Source: an uncultured Candidatus Saccharibacteria bacterium (GTDB lineage Bacteria; Patescibacteriota; Minisyncoccia; Phycocordibacterales; UBA9973). Taken from it: a stretch of 54,212 nt of DNA. Of the stretch, positions 24,146 through 33,512 are shown in pieces (within the stretch, counting starts at the first letter, position 1; the number at the start of each line of letters is the position of its first letter). Where the stretch lies: assembly GCA_964500465.1 (NCBI GenBank), contig CAZCNB010000005.1, forward strand, positions 1 to 54,212. Direction: 5' to 3'. Below the pieces are notes generated by a model. That model had not been told where the DNA came from. It did no database searches and saw nothing but the letters and a program-made list of their open reading frames with translations. The translations under genes and the position numbers were made by a program.

Positions 24146-24574
24146 ATGAAAAAAACAATATTAAAAATAGTAGGAATAGCATTGATTGTAAATATTTTTG
24201 GAAATTTTAGTGTTTCTTTTGCGTATACGGATAAAGCTCCAACTAAAAAAGTTACTAATAATAAAAAAATTAAATCAAAAGAAAATTTTATAACTCTCCA
24301 AGTTGCAAGCAATGAGTACAAAATTTCGTATAAAGAAGGGGAGTCATTATATGACGCAATGAAAGGTTTTTCAAATAAAAAAGAAAATAAATTTTCTTTC
24401 AATTCAAAAAATTATCCAGGTTTAGGGAACTTTATTGATGAAATAAATGGTGTAAAAGGTACACCTGGCAAATATTGGATTTATTATGTTAATAACAAAA
24501 AAGCTTCAGTCGGAGCATCTAAATATATTCTAAAGTCAGGTGATACAGTAACCTGGAAACAAGAGGGAATTTAA
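24146..24574 (+). CDS. Secreted DUF4430-domain protein (transcobalamin beta-domain-like)
   Basis: Signal peptide; C-terminal GKYWIYYVNNKKASVGASKYILKSGDTVTWKQE matches the DUF4430 pattern. Confidence 0.65.
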   Translation: MKKTILKIVGIALIVNIFGNFSVSFAYTDKAPTKKVTNNKKIKSKENFITLQVASNEYKISYKEGESLYDAMKGFSNKKENKFSFNSKNYPGLGNFIDEINGVKGTPGKYWIYYVNNKKASVGASKYILKSGDTVTWKQEGI

Positions 24575-24590
24575 TAGTTAATTTTATTTT

Positions 24591-26702
24591 ATGAACAAAA
24601 ACAAAATTTTATCAATCCTAGTTTTACTATCAACCTTCCTACCATTTTCTAATATCACTTACGCTCTTGATGTTGTAGATATGAATCCACCAGTTATAAG
24701 TTTAGTTGGCAGTTCTACTGTAAATTTACAAGTAGGGGACTCATACACTGATGAAGGAGCAACAGCTACTGATGATGTGGATGGTGACATAACCGCGAAT
24801 ATCATAAAAACTGGATCAGTAGATACAAACTTAGCTGGGACTTATAATATAAGCTACGATGTGTCCGATATTGCAGGTAACCATGCTCCAACTGTCACAA
24901 GAATAGTCATTGTGTCTCCACTGCAACAAACTCTTAAAGAAAATGTCTTTATAAGAAGTGGAGATATTGTTATATATAGCGGTCAGATAGATTTACCAGC
25001 AGACGGTACTACAGACATCACTGATAATTTAGGTACTGTTCACCAAGTAAATAATAGAAGTGTTCTCGGTGTCTTATATACACTTGATCAAGTAACTGAT
25101 TCTTTCTCGCTATCTAATTTACAATACTTTGATTCATTTTCTTCTTTTTATATTAAATGCATTACTCCTAGTGGATCACCAGAACTTTGTGATAGCTGGC
25201 AATATGTAGTGGGAGGTACAAGTCCATGGACTAGTGTGGATAGTACTTTGCTTACTGGAGGAGAAAATATTGGGCTTTATTTTGGAAGTCCATATAGAGT
25301 AAGTTTAAGTAGTACAAGCGTAACAATATCAGACTCAGTTACAGCAAAAGCTGAATCATATAACTATACAGATAATACTTGGGCAAATAGAACAGGAGTA
25401 ACTATAGGAGTAACTGTTACTAACCCAAATGACCCATGGAATCCAACTGTTATTTCAACTCATCTTGTAGATTCAAATGGTCAGGCTGTCTTAACTTTCC
25501 CTGGTGAAGGTACTTATATAGTAGGAGTTTCTGAAGATTTTTATTTTCCATCTTATAATGTAACAGTAACTAAGTCTTCAGGCGGAGGTGGAGGATCTAA
25601 TCCTAGCGCTATATCTATACCTCAAGCACTTGCATTTTTGTCAGCAAACCAAAAACCCAATGGTTCTTTTGGTGATATGTTGTACACAGATTGGGCAGCT
25701 ATTTCTATAGCTTCTGCTGGAAGTCAGGCACAGAGCTTGAAAACCCTTATATATGATTATCTAAAAAATAATTCATACCAATCAAATACACTAACTGATA
25801 ACGAAAGACACGCTATGGCTCTAATGTCTCTTGGGATTAATCCGTACTCTGATACCGGAATAAATTATATAAAGAAAATAACCGATGCTTTTGATGGAAC
25901 TCAGTTTGGTGATAGTTCACTATACAACGACGATATATTTGCTGTTTTGGTTTTGTATAAGGCAGGTTTTGTATCAAACGATGACATAATAAAAAAATCT
26001 ATAAGTTTTATAATTTCCAAACAACAAGGAGATGGTTCATGGGGAAGTGTTGATATGACTTCTGCGGGTATTCAGGCACTAAGACAATTTTCAGATGTTA
26101 CAGGTGTCTCTCAATCTATAACACTTGCTGAAAATTATTTATCTAATTCTCAAGATAACAGTGGAAGTTTTGGAAACTCTTCGTCTACTAGTTGGGCCAT
26201 GCAAGCAATGTCTACGAATGGTGCATTTAGCTCAAAAGTTACAAACGGAGACAAATACTTAGCGTCACTTCAAGATAAAGATGGAGGTTTAGATGTATCA
26301 AGTTCAATAGAGAATAGAATTTGGTCTACTTCTTATGCAATCCCTGCCGCACTACATGTTCCCTGGACAAGCATAATGCAATTTTTTTCAAAACAAACAG
26401 TTACAAATGGAGATGTAAACAATACTCCAACACTGCCAGTTCTTCCAGTAGTTAATCCTATAAAAAATGATGATGTTGTCAAAAAAATCACAGACGATGT
26501 AAAACCAATTCTTAAAAAGAAAAAGAATAAAAAAGTTTTCATAGATACTAAAAATGTTAGTAATTCAAATCAAAATAATAGCCTAACAGCTTCTGTGGCT
26601 GATGCTTTAGCTAGTGAAAGTCCATCACCATCTGTATTTAGAAAAATAGTAAACGCTATCAAGGCCCCATTTATATGGCTTTTCTGGAAGCTTGGATTTT
26701 GA
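24591..26702 (+). CDS. Cell-surface protein with Ig-like and prenyltransferase-like alpha/alpha-toroid domains
   Basis: Domain order: signal peptide, Ig-like DUF5011-type domain, beta-rich middle, Gly linker, prenyltransferase/terpene-cyclase-like alpha/alpha-toroid repeats, C-terminal hydrophobic anchor. Key motifs are TDDVDGDIT...GTYNISYDVSDIAGN, SSGGGGGSNP and the repeated GSFG / DGSWGS / SGSFGN / DGGLD. Confidence 0.6.
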   Translation: MNKNKILSILVLLSTFLPFSNITYALDVVDMNPPVISLVGSSTVNLQVGDSYTDEGATATDDVDGDITANIIKTGSVDTNLAGTYNISYDVSDIAGNHAPTVTRIVIVSPLQQTLKENVFIRSGDIVIYSGQIDLPADGTTDITDNLGTVHQVNNRSVLGVLYTLDQVTDSFSLSNLQYFDSFSSFYIKCITPSGSPELCDSWQYVVGGTSPWTSVDSTLLTGGENIGLYFGSPYRVSLSSTSVTISDSVTAKAESYNYTDNTWANRTGVTIGVTVTNPNDPWNPTVISTHLVDSNGQAVLTFPGEGTYIVGVSEDFYFPSYNVTVTKSSGGGGGSNPSAISIPQALAFLSANQKPNGSFGDMLYTDWAAISIASAGSQAQSLKTLIYDYLKNNSYQSNTLTDNERHAMALMSLGINPYSDTGINYIKKITDAFDGTQFGDSSLYNDDIFAVLVLYKAGFVSNDDIIKKSISFIISKQQGDGSWGSVDMTSAGIQALRQFSDVTGVSQSITLAENYLSNSQDNSGSFGNSSSTSWAMQAMSTNGAFSSKVTNGDKYLASLQDKDGGLDVSSSIENRIWSTSYAIPAALHVPWTSIMQFFSKQTVTNGDVNNTPTLPVLPVVNPIKNDDVVKKITDDVKPILKKKKNKKVFIDTKNVSNSNQNNSLTASVADALASESPSPSVFRKIVNAIKAPFIWLFWKLGF

Positions 26703-26708
26703 TATAAT
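26700..26708 (+). promoter_or_regulatory. Extended -10 box TGaTATAAT, 6 nt upstream of the ATG at 26715
   Basis: tgatataat, then ctactt, then ATG. The TGA is the stop codon of the upstream gene. Confidence 0.55.
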
Positions 26709-26714
26709 CTACTT

Positions 26715-27278
26715 ATGAAACTAAAATTTGTCGGCCTTGTAATAGTAATTATATTATTTGTAATTGGTTTAGGTGTTTTTATGAATAAAGTATCATCAGC
26801 TCCTAGTAAGTATGATGATTTTGCGAAAGCGTTAAAGACAGAAGGAGCCCAGTTCTATGGTGCATTTTGGTGTCCTCACTGTAAAGCTGTTAAAGATTTG
26901 TTTGGAAACGCTAAAAAATATTTACCATATGTTGAATGTTCTAATCCAGATCAGACAGTAACTCAAATTTGTGTTGATAATAAAATAGAAAGTTATCCAA
27001 CCTGGAAATTTAAAAATGGTATAACGTTAGCTTCACAAGGTAAACCTCTTGTTTGTCCAATAAGGTCAGAAAAACCGTATGAAGATGAAATTTGTAATCA
27101 AACTGGATCTCAATTTTACAAAACTTGGATCTTTCCAGAATACAAGTTTTCTATAAAAAGTCCAACTGATCCAGTTAGTAAAGATGGAGTTTGGAAATTT
27201 GTACCAGAAGCAGAAGTCACAGGTGAGACGCCACTTGAATTTTTAGCTTCACAAATAGGATTTAATCTACCTAAATAA
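26715..27278 (+). CDS. Membrane-anchored thioredoxin-like protein of the VKOR-partner type (WCPHC)
   Basis: FYGAFWCPHCKAVKDLFG...PYVECS...SYPTW...LEFLASQIG resembles the Trx-like domain fused to bacterial VKORs. A ~60 aa insertion precedes the last segment. Confidence 0.65.
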   Translation: MKLKFVGLVIVIILFVIGLGVFMNKVSSAPSKYDDFAKALKTEGAQFYGAFWCPHCKAVKDLFGNAKKYLPYVECSNPDQTVTQICVDNKIESYPTWKFKNGITLASQGKPLVCPIRSEKPYEDEICNQTGSQFYKTWIFPEYKFSIKSPTDPVSKDGVWKFVPEAEVTGETPLEFLASQIGFNLPK

Positions 27279-27279
27279 T

Positions 27280-27831
27280 ATGCCAGATTACATAGAGACT
27301 TTCAATAAACTACTTTCTTTTGGTACCATTATTTTACAATTAGTAGTGTTGTTGATTGCCGTTAATTTAATTTTTCTCAAATCACATAAAAATAAAATCT
27401 TAGTTTTCTTTAAAGACTATGGATTCTATTTTGGTTTTGCGACAGCTCTTGCTGGTGTTGCACTCTCACTATTTTACTCTGAGATAATTGGATTTCCACC
27501 ATGTGAGCTCTGCTGGATTCAAAGGATATTTATATATCCACAAGTGATACTTTTCGGCATGGAGTTATATAAGCGGGACCGGGCTATTGTTGATTACAGT
27601 ATGGTTATGGCAACTTTTGGTATGATTGTCTCATTGTTTCATATGTATGTAGAGCGTGGAGGAGCCTCTTCTCTTTCTTGCGCAGCAGGTGGAAAAGCAG
27701 CCGTGTCTTGTGCATTCTTGTATGTTGAAGAATTCTCCTACGTAACAATCCCTGTAATGGCACTAACCGCATCCGTTTTTATATTTATACTTCTTTTGAA
27801 TTATAAGTATATGACTCGTAATAAAATATAA
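27280..27831 (+). CDS. DsbB/BdbC-family disulfide bond formation protein
   Basis: PPCELCWIQRIFIYPQ (first CxxC in a TM), a second Cys pair (SCAAGGKAAVSC) and four TM helices. Confidence 0.75.
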   Translation: MPDYIETFNKLLSFGTIILQLVVLLIAVNLIFLKSHKNKILVFFKDYGFYFGFATALAGVALSLFYSEIIGFPPCELCWIQRIFIYPQVILFGMELYKRDRAIVDYSMVMATFGMIVSLFHMYVERGGASSLSCAAGGKAAVSCAFLYVEEFSYVTIPVMALTASVFIFILLLNYKYMTRNKI

Positions 27832-27878
27832 TTTTTCTTGCTATTGTTAATATAATATTTAGGGTGTAGCATATTAAT

Positions 27879-28307
27879 ATGCTTACAGAAACCATAGAAA
27901 AAGGAGGAAAAGATATAGTATTTGTATATACGACATGTCCTAGTACAGAAGAGGCTCGTTCTATTATACTTTCTTCGATAAAAGAAAAATTTGCTGTATG
28001 TGGAGATTTTTGGGAGATAAATTCTGTCTATCCTTGGCAAGGAGTTATACAAGATGTTTTCCAATATATGGTAATGCTTACTACCGAAAAGGAGACTGCA
28101 GATAAACTTGTTAAATTTGTGGAAGGATTGCATTCTTACAATGTTCCTATGGTTGCCAAACTAGATACTAATTTTATGAATTCTAATTATAAATTCTGGG
28201 TTGATAATGTATTAAACAGTAAAGGTGATTATATTTCAGAACACGATAAAAAATCTCAAGACAGAAGTGATGAAGGGAATGGTTATCATTATGGCAAGTT
28301 AAAATAA
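27879..28307 (+). CDS. CutA1-like divalent-cation tolerance protein with a ~40 aa C-terminal extension
   Basis: IVFVYTTCPSTEEARSI...VCGDFWEINSVYPWQGVIQDVFQYMVMLTT...LVKFVEGLHSYNVPMV fits the CutA fold pattern. Confidence 0.65.
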   Translation: MLTETIEKGGKDIVFVYTTCPSTEEARSIILSSIKEKFAVCGDFWEINSVYPWQGVIQDVFQYMVMLTTEKETADKLVKFVEGLHSYNVPMVAKLDTNFMNSNYKFWVDNVLNSKGDYISEHDKKSQDRSDEGNGYHYGKLK

Positions 28308-28308
28308 A

Positions 28309-30039
28309 ATGGAGACTCGAGTATGCCAGAACTGTAAAAATAATTTCACCATACAAGCTGAAGATTTTTCTTTTTACGAAAAAATAAAAGTTCCTCCACC
28401 AACGTTTTGCCCAGATTGTTCACATCAACGCAGGTTTGCTTGGAGAAATACACATGCTTTATATCATAGACCAGATTCAGTAACTGGCAATGATATTATT
28501 TCTATATATCATCCCGATACAAAAATGAATATTGTAGATCAGAAGTATTGGTGGAGTGATAAATGGGACGCATATGAATATGGAAAAGAGTTTGATTTTT
28601 CAAAGGATTTTTTCTCTCAGTGGAGAGAATTGCGTGACAACGTACCATTTCAAGCCCTCTCCAATTCTAAAGCTATTAATAGCGAGTATTGCAATGTAGC
28701 CGAAGAAAGTTATGATTGTTACCTTATTTCAGCTTGTTGGAAGAATGAGCGCGTAATGTATGCAGATTCATTGGTGAAAGTAAAAGATTCAATGGATCTC
28801 TATATTGTAGAAGAAAGTGAATTTTGCTATGAAGATGTATATTGTAAGGAATCCTACAGGTTATTTTATAGCCAAGAATGTAATTCTTGTACAGAATCTT
28901 ATTTTCTCTATGATTGCAGAGGTTGCGTAGATTGTTTTATGTCTTCTGGACTAAGAAATAAAAGTTATGTATTTAACAATATTCAATTGTCTAAAGAAGA
29001 ATATCTTGAAAAGTTAAAACAATATGATCTTGGTAGTTTTTTAGTAATACAAAGCTTAAAAAAAGAATTTACAAAATTAAAAAATAACTCCATTAGAAAA
29101 TTTGCAACCATTAACAATAGCCAAGATGTAACTGGTGATCATATATATAACACATATAACTCCAAATCAGTCTTCGATGTTTCTGATAATGTTAAAAATT
29201 CCAAATATTTATTTTGGTCTGTGAATAATATTTTTGATTGTTACTACTCTAATGCGGTTGGAGCTATAGAGAATAGTTTTGAGATGAATGACGCCGGTGT
29301 TGGTGGTTTATTGTGTAGGTTTTCAAGTGTGGTCTACTCTTCTACAGAGGTTGATTATTCTTTTAATTGTTATAATTGCCACGATATATTTGGATGCATT
29401 GGACTTCAAAGTAAATCTTATTGTATTTTAAATAAACAATATACAAAAGAAGAGTATTTAGATTTGTTACCTAAAATAAAAAATCAAATGATGGAAGTTC
29501 CTTACATAGATCAAAAAGGTAGATCGTATAGATACGGAGAATTTTTTCCAATTGAGCTCTCACCGTTTTCTTACAATGAAACTGTAGCAAATGATTTCTT
29601 CCCTTTAACAAAAGAGGAAATAAATAAAATGGGTTATAAATACAGAGAGAAAGAAGGAAGAGATTACAAACCAACCATTAGTTGGTCTGATCTTCCAGAT
29701 AATATCTTGCAAATAGATGAAAATATTGTGAATGAAATAATTAGTTGTGACACTTTACCGGGTTCAGATAGATGTACTGTAGCATTTAAAATTAGACCAG
29801 ATGAACTAATTTTTTATAAACGTTTTAATATACCTTTACCCCGACGATGTTATCAATGCAGACATAAAGAGCGTTTTTTGACAAGAAATCCATTAAAACT
29901 CTGGCACAGATCTTGTATGTGTGAAAAAGAAGGGCATGTACATGAAGGGAGATGTTTGGTTGAGTTTGAAACAAGCTATGCACCAGAGCGACCTGAGATA
30001 ATATACTGTGAAAAATGCTACCAGCAAGAGGTGTTATGA
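28309..30039 (+). CDS. Cys-rich zinc-ribbon-bracketed protein, paralog 4
   Basis: METRVCQNCKNNFTIQAEDFSFYEKIKVPPPTFCPDC...GCIGLQSKSYCILNKQYTKEEY...YCEKCYQQEVL. The ATG lies 1 nt after the cutA-like stop. Confidence 0.8.
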   Translation: METRVCQNCKNNFTIQAEDFSFYEKIKVPPPTFCPDCSHQRRFAWRNTHALYHRPDSVTGNDIISIYHPDTKMNIVDQKYWWSDKWDAYEYGKEFDFSKDFFSQWRELRDNVPFQALSNSKAINSEYCNVAEESYDCYLISACWKNERVMYADSLVKVKDSMDLYIVEESEFCYEDVYCKESYRLFYSQECNSCTESYFLYDCRGCVDCFMSSGLRNKSYVFNNIQLSKEEYLEKLKQYDLGSFLVIQSLKKEFTKLKNNSIRKFATINNSQDVTGDHIYNTYNSKSVFDVSDNVKNSKYLFWSVNNIFDCYYSNAVGAIENSFEMNDAGVGGLLCRFSSVVYSSTEVDYSFNCYNCHDIFGCIGLQSKSYCILNKQYTKEEYLDLLPKIKNQMMEVPYIDQKGRSYRYGEFFPIELSPFSYNETVANDFFPLTKEEINKMGYKYREKEGRDYKPTISWSDLPDNILQIDENIVNEIISCDTLPGSDRCTVAFKIRPDELIFYKRFNIPLPRRCYQCRHKERFLTRNPLKLWHRSCMCEKEGHVHEGRCLVEFETSYAPERPEIIYCEKCYQQEVL

Positions 30040-30045
30040 TATAAT
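30037..30045 (+). promoter_or_regulatory. Extended -10 box TGaTATAAT, 8 nt upstream of the ATG at 30054
   Basis: tgatataat, then aaacttat, then ATG. The TGA is the stop codon of paralog 4. Confidence 0.5.
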
Positions 30046-30053
30046 AAACTTAT

Positions 30054-31811
30054 ATGCATGTTGATGAAAAATCAATCGTAGACTTATTAAATAGCTCAGG
30101 TCTTGTTAGCAAGACCGATGTAGCTGTCGCCCTTAAAAAATCAAAAGAAACTGATCAATCAATCGGTGACATTTTGATGAGCGAAGGAAAATTGACAGAA
30201 AAAGACTGGAATAGCATGCAAGCTGTTTCATTAGGAATTCCATTTGTAAGTCTGAAAGGAGAGAAAATTGATCCTGAGGTACTTAGCCTAATCCCTGAGC
30301 CTATTGCACGCACCAATAACATAATTGCTTACAAAAAGACCAAAGCTGGTCTTGAAGTCGCCATGCTTGATGTGGACAATCTTTCTGTTATTGATTTCAT
30401 AAAGAAAAAGGTGGGATTAAAAATTTTACCTCGTATGACGAGTTCAGATTCTATTAAGGAAGTTTTGACTCAATACAAAAAGACACTACAAGCTGATTTT
30501 GAAGATATAATTAAAAAGGAAAGCTCTTCTATAAAAGCAGTATCGGAGAGTGGAAAACCTGGAGAAGAGAAATCAGAAAAAGAGCTAAAAGAGCTTGCTG
30601 AAGATCTGCCAATAGTTAAAATTGTGGACACTCTTATATCTCACGCAATTATCCAAGGTGCTTCTGATATCCATATTGAACCAGGTGAAACTTCACTTGT
30701 AGTTAGATATCGTATCGATGGGATACTTCACGATGCCATGGTTTTGCCTAAAGACACAGCACCAGGAATAGTTGCTCGTATTAAAGTTCTATCTAATTTG
30801 AAATTGGATGAAAAACGTCTTCCTCAAGACGGAAGATTTAAAATAGTGGGAGATGAAGGCAATGTTTCTTTTCGTGTTTCAACACTACCTACATACTTTG
30901 GAGAGAAAACTGTTATTCGTATTTTGCGTGAAAATGCAAAAGGATTCTCTTTAGAAACTCTTGGTTTTCATGGAGAAGCACTTGAGAGAATCCACGAAGG
31001 TATGAAGCAGAGAAATGGGATGCTTGTTTGTGCTGGTCCTACTGGATCTGGTAAAACAACTACACTCTATACAATGTTAGATATTCTAAACACTCCAGAG
31101 GTTAATATATCAACAGTTGAAGATCCAATAGAATATCAAATGCCTCGTATAAATCAAACTCAAACAAAAGCCGAAATAGGCCTTACTTTTGCAAACGGTC
31201 TCAGAACCCTTCTTCGTCAGGACCCGGATATAATAATGGTGGGAGAGATTCGTGACGGGGAAACTGCTTCACTTGCAGTTAATGCTTCACTTACTGGACA
31301 CTTAGTTCTTTCAACAATCCACACTAACTCAGCAGCTGGTGCTATTCCTCGTATGATAGACATGGGAGTTGAACCATTCCTAATTGTTTCAACAATGCGC
31401 ACTATTATTGCTCAGCGTTTAGTTCGTGTGCTTGATGAAAACAAAGAAAAATATTTCTTAACTGATGCAGAGAAAGCATCGCTTGATAAGATTATAAATA
31501 CTGATAGGATGCTCGAAATATTAAAAAAAGAAAAAGTTGTTCCAGAAGATGCTACTTGGACTACAATACCTTTCTATAAACCAAAACCATCTGATGAATC
31601 AAGTAGTGGTTTTAAAGGTCGCCTAGGTATTCATGAGGTTCTCAAGGTGACACCTGGTATAAAAGAAATGATATTAAAAGGCGCTTCAACTGACGAGATA
31701 GAAAAAAGGGCAAAAGAAGAGGGAATGATGACAATGCTTGAAGATGGAATTTTCCTTGCCGCTCAAGGTAGAACTTCTACTGAAGAAGTCTTGCGCGTGG
31801 TTTCTGAATAA
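30054..31811 (+). CDS. pilB: Type IV pilus / type II secretion assembly ATPase (PilB/GspE family)
   Basis: N-terminal T2SSE_N-like domain, Walker A GPTGSGKTT, Asp box, VGEIRD, and a His box (LVLSTIHTNSA). Confidence 0.85.
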   Translation: MHVDEKSIVDLLNSSGLVSKTDVAVALKKSKETDQSIGDILMSEGKLTEKDWNSMQAVSLGIPFVSLKGEKIDPEVLSLIPEPIARTNNIIAYKKTKAGLEVAMLDVDNLSVIDFIKKKVGLKILPRMTSSDSIKEVLTQYKKTLQADFEDIIKKESSSIKAVSESGKPGEEKSEKELKELAEDLPIVKIVDTLISHAIIQGASDIHIEPGETSLVVRYRIDGILHDAMVLPKDTAPGIVARIKVLSNLKLDEKRLPQDGRFKIVGDEGNVSFRVSTLPTYFGEKTVIRILRENAKGFSLETLGFHGEALERIHEGMKQRNGMLVCAGPTGSGKTTTLYTMLDILNTPEVNISTVEDPIEYQMPRINQTQTKAEIGLTFANGLRTLLRQDPDIIMVGEIRDGETASLAVNASLTGHLVLSTIHTNSAAGAIPRMIDMGVEPFLIVSTMRTIIAQRLVRVLDENKEKYFLTDAEKASLDKIINTDRMLEILKKEKVVPEDATWTTIPFYKPKPSDESSSGFKGRLGIHEVLKVTPGIKEMILKGASTDEIEKRAKEEGMMTMLEDGIFLAAQGRTSTEEVLRVVSE

Positions 31812-31815
31812 AATA

Positions 31816-33033
31816 ATGAAATTTAGTTACAAGGTACAAAATAAAGTTGGTGGAGTTATTGAAGGAGTAAAAGATGCTCCAGATAAATTTACCCTTGCTC
31901 GCGAGTTGCGTGAAGGAGGAAGCATACCCCTGTCTATTGAAGAATATAAAGATAAAGGAGGGAAGAAGAACTTTCTTCAGTTTGAATTATTCAACAATGT
32001 ATCTCTATCAGAAAAAATAATATTTACTAATAATCTAGGTGGAATGCTCTCTGCAGGTCTTTCTTTAACTAGAGCCTTGACCATATTAGAAAAACAAACA
32101 AAAAATAACCTGATGAAAAAAATATTAGGTAGTATTATAGAAGGAATAAATAGCGGTAGTACTATGTCTGATTCAATGAAAAAATTTCCCAAAGTATTCT
32201 CTCCACTTTTCATTTCGATGGTTCACTCTGGAGAAGAATCTGGCGGACTACCAAAATCTCTCGCCGAAATAGGAATGAATCTAAAAAAGTCTTTTGATTT
32301 AAACAAAAAAATTAAAGGAGCTTTAATGTATCCTACTATAATTCTCTGTGCCATATTTATAATTGGAGTGCTTATGATGGTTTTCGTTGTTCCTACTTTA
32401 ACTAAAACATTTAAAGAACTAGGAGGAGAGTTGCCTGGATCTACAAAATTTGTAATCTGGCTTTCAGACACCCTTAGTCAACACACTTTCATGTTTTTAG
32501 GTATAACTTTCCTCGTTGTTGGTTCATTTGTTATGTTTGCAAGATTGAAAGTTACTCAAAAATATTTTGACTCTTTTGTCTTAAAACTTCCAGTTATAGG
32601 GAATATCGCTAAAGAAGTAAATACAGCTCGTACTGCAAGAACCTTATCCTCACTCTTAACTTCTGGGGTTGATATGTCTCGAGCTCTTGCTATCACTGAA
32701 GAAGTTCTTCAGAATGTTCATTATAAACAGTTAATTAAAGATGCAATTACTTCTATCGAAAAAGGGAGTGTACTCTCTGCATCTTTTAAAAACGCTACTA
32801 ATTTGTATCCAGTTATGATGGGAGAAATGATTGAAGTGGGGGAAGAAACAGGTAACTTGTCAAAAATGCTTATAGATATTGCTAATTTTTACGAAAACGA
32901 AGTTGATAATAAAACAAAAGATCTATCTGTGATTATAGAACCAATATTAATGGTATTTATTGGAGGAGCGGTTGGGTTCTTTGCAGTTTCTATGATTACA
33001 CCGATGTATTCTGTAATGAGTAATATAAAATAA
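31816..33033 (+). CDS. pilC: Type IV pilus platform protein (PilC/GspF family)
   Basis: Two GspF-type repeats and three TM segments. Start trimmed to ATG 31816, just after the pilB stop. Confidence 0.85.
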   Translation: MKFSYKVQNKVGGVIEGVKDAPDKFTLARELREGGSIPLSIEEYKDKGGKKNFLQFELFNNVSLSEKIIFTNNLGGMLSAGLSLTRALTILEKQTKNNLMKKILGSIIEGINSGSTMSDSMKKFPKVFSPLFISMVHSGEESGGLPKSLAEIGMNLKKSFDLNKKIKGALMYPTIILCAIFIIGVLMMVFVVPTLTKTFKELGGELPGSTKFVIWLSDTLSQHTFMFLGITFLVVGSFVMFARLKVTQKYFDSFVLKLPVIGNIAKEVNTARTARTLSSLLTSGVDMSRALAITEEVLQNVHYKQLIKDAITSIEKGSVLSASFKNATNLYPVMMGEMIEVGEETGNLSKMLIDIANFYENEVDNKTKDLSVIIEPILMVFIGGAVGFFAVSMITPMYSVMSNIK

Positions 33034-33035
33034 AC

Positions 33036-33512
33036 ATGAAAATTATTAAAAACAAAGGCATAAGCATACTAGAACTTCTAATAGTGCTTGCTATACTTGC
33101 TATTATTGTTTCTTTTATTATTTTAAATTTAACCAAATTTAGAAACGAACAAGCGCTTCAAAACACTACGAGTGACATTATCTCTTTAGTTAATGAAGCA
33201 CGCACCAAAACCATTTCTTCTATAGATTCAACGACATATGGAGTTCACTTTGAGACTAGCCGCGCTGTGCTATTCGCCGGGTCTTCTTTTACCGAACCAA
33301 ATTCTTCCAATAAACAAGTTGATATCAATTCTGCAGTATCAATACCTTCAAGCGGAGGAATAAATTTAAATGGTGGAGGAAGTGATGTTGTGTTCACTCG
33401 AATCTCTGGTGACACAACAAATTATGGTACAATTATAGTTAGGTTAGTTTCTGATGCAACACGTCAGAAAACTATAACTATAAATAAAACTGGTATTGTT
33501 AGTTCAAATTAA
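33036..33512 (+). CDS. Prepilin-type N-terminal cleavage/methylation domain protein (minor pilin, GspH/FimT-like)
   Basis: KG|ISILELLIVLAILAIIV, with Glu at +5. Confidence 0.7.
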   Translation: MKIIKNKGISILELLIVLAILAIIVSFIILNLTKFRNEQALQNTTSDIISLVNEARTKTISSIDSTTYGVHFETSRAVLFAGSSFTEPNSSNKQVDINSAVSIPSSGGINLNGGGSDVVFTRISGDTTNYGTIIVRLVSDATRQKTITINKTGIVSSN

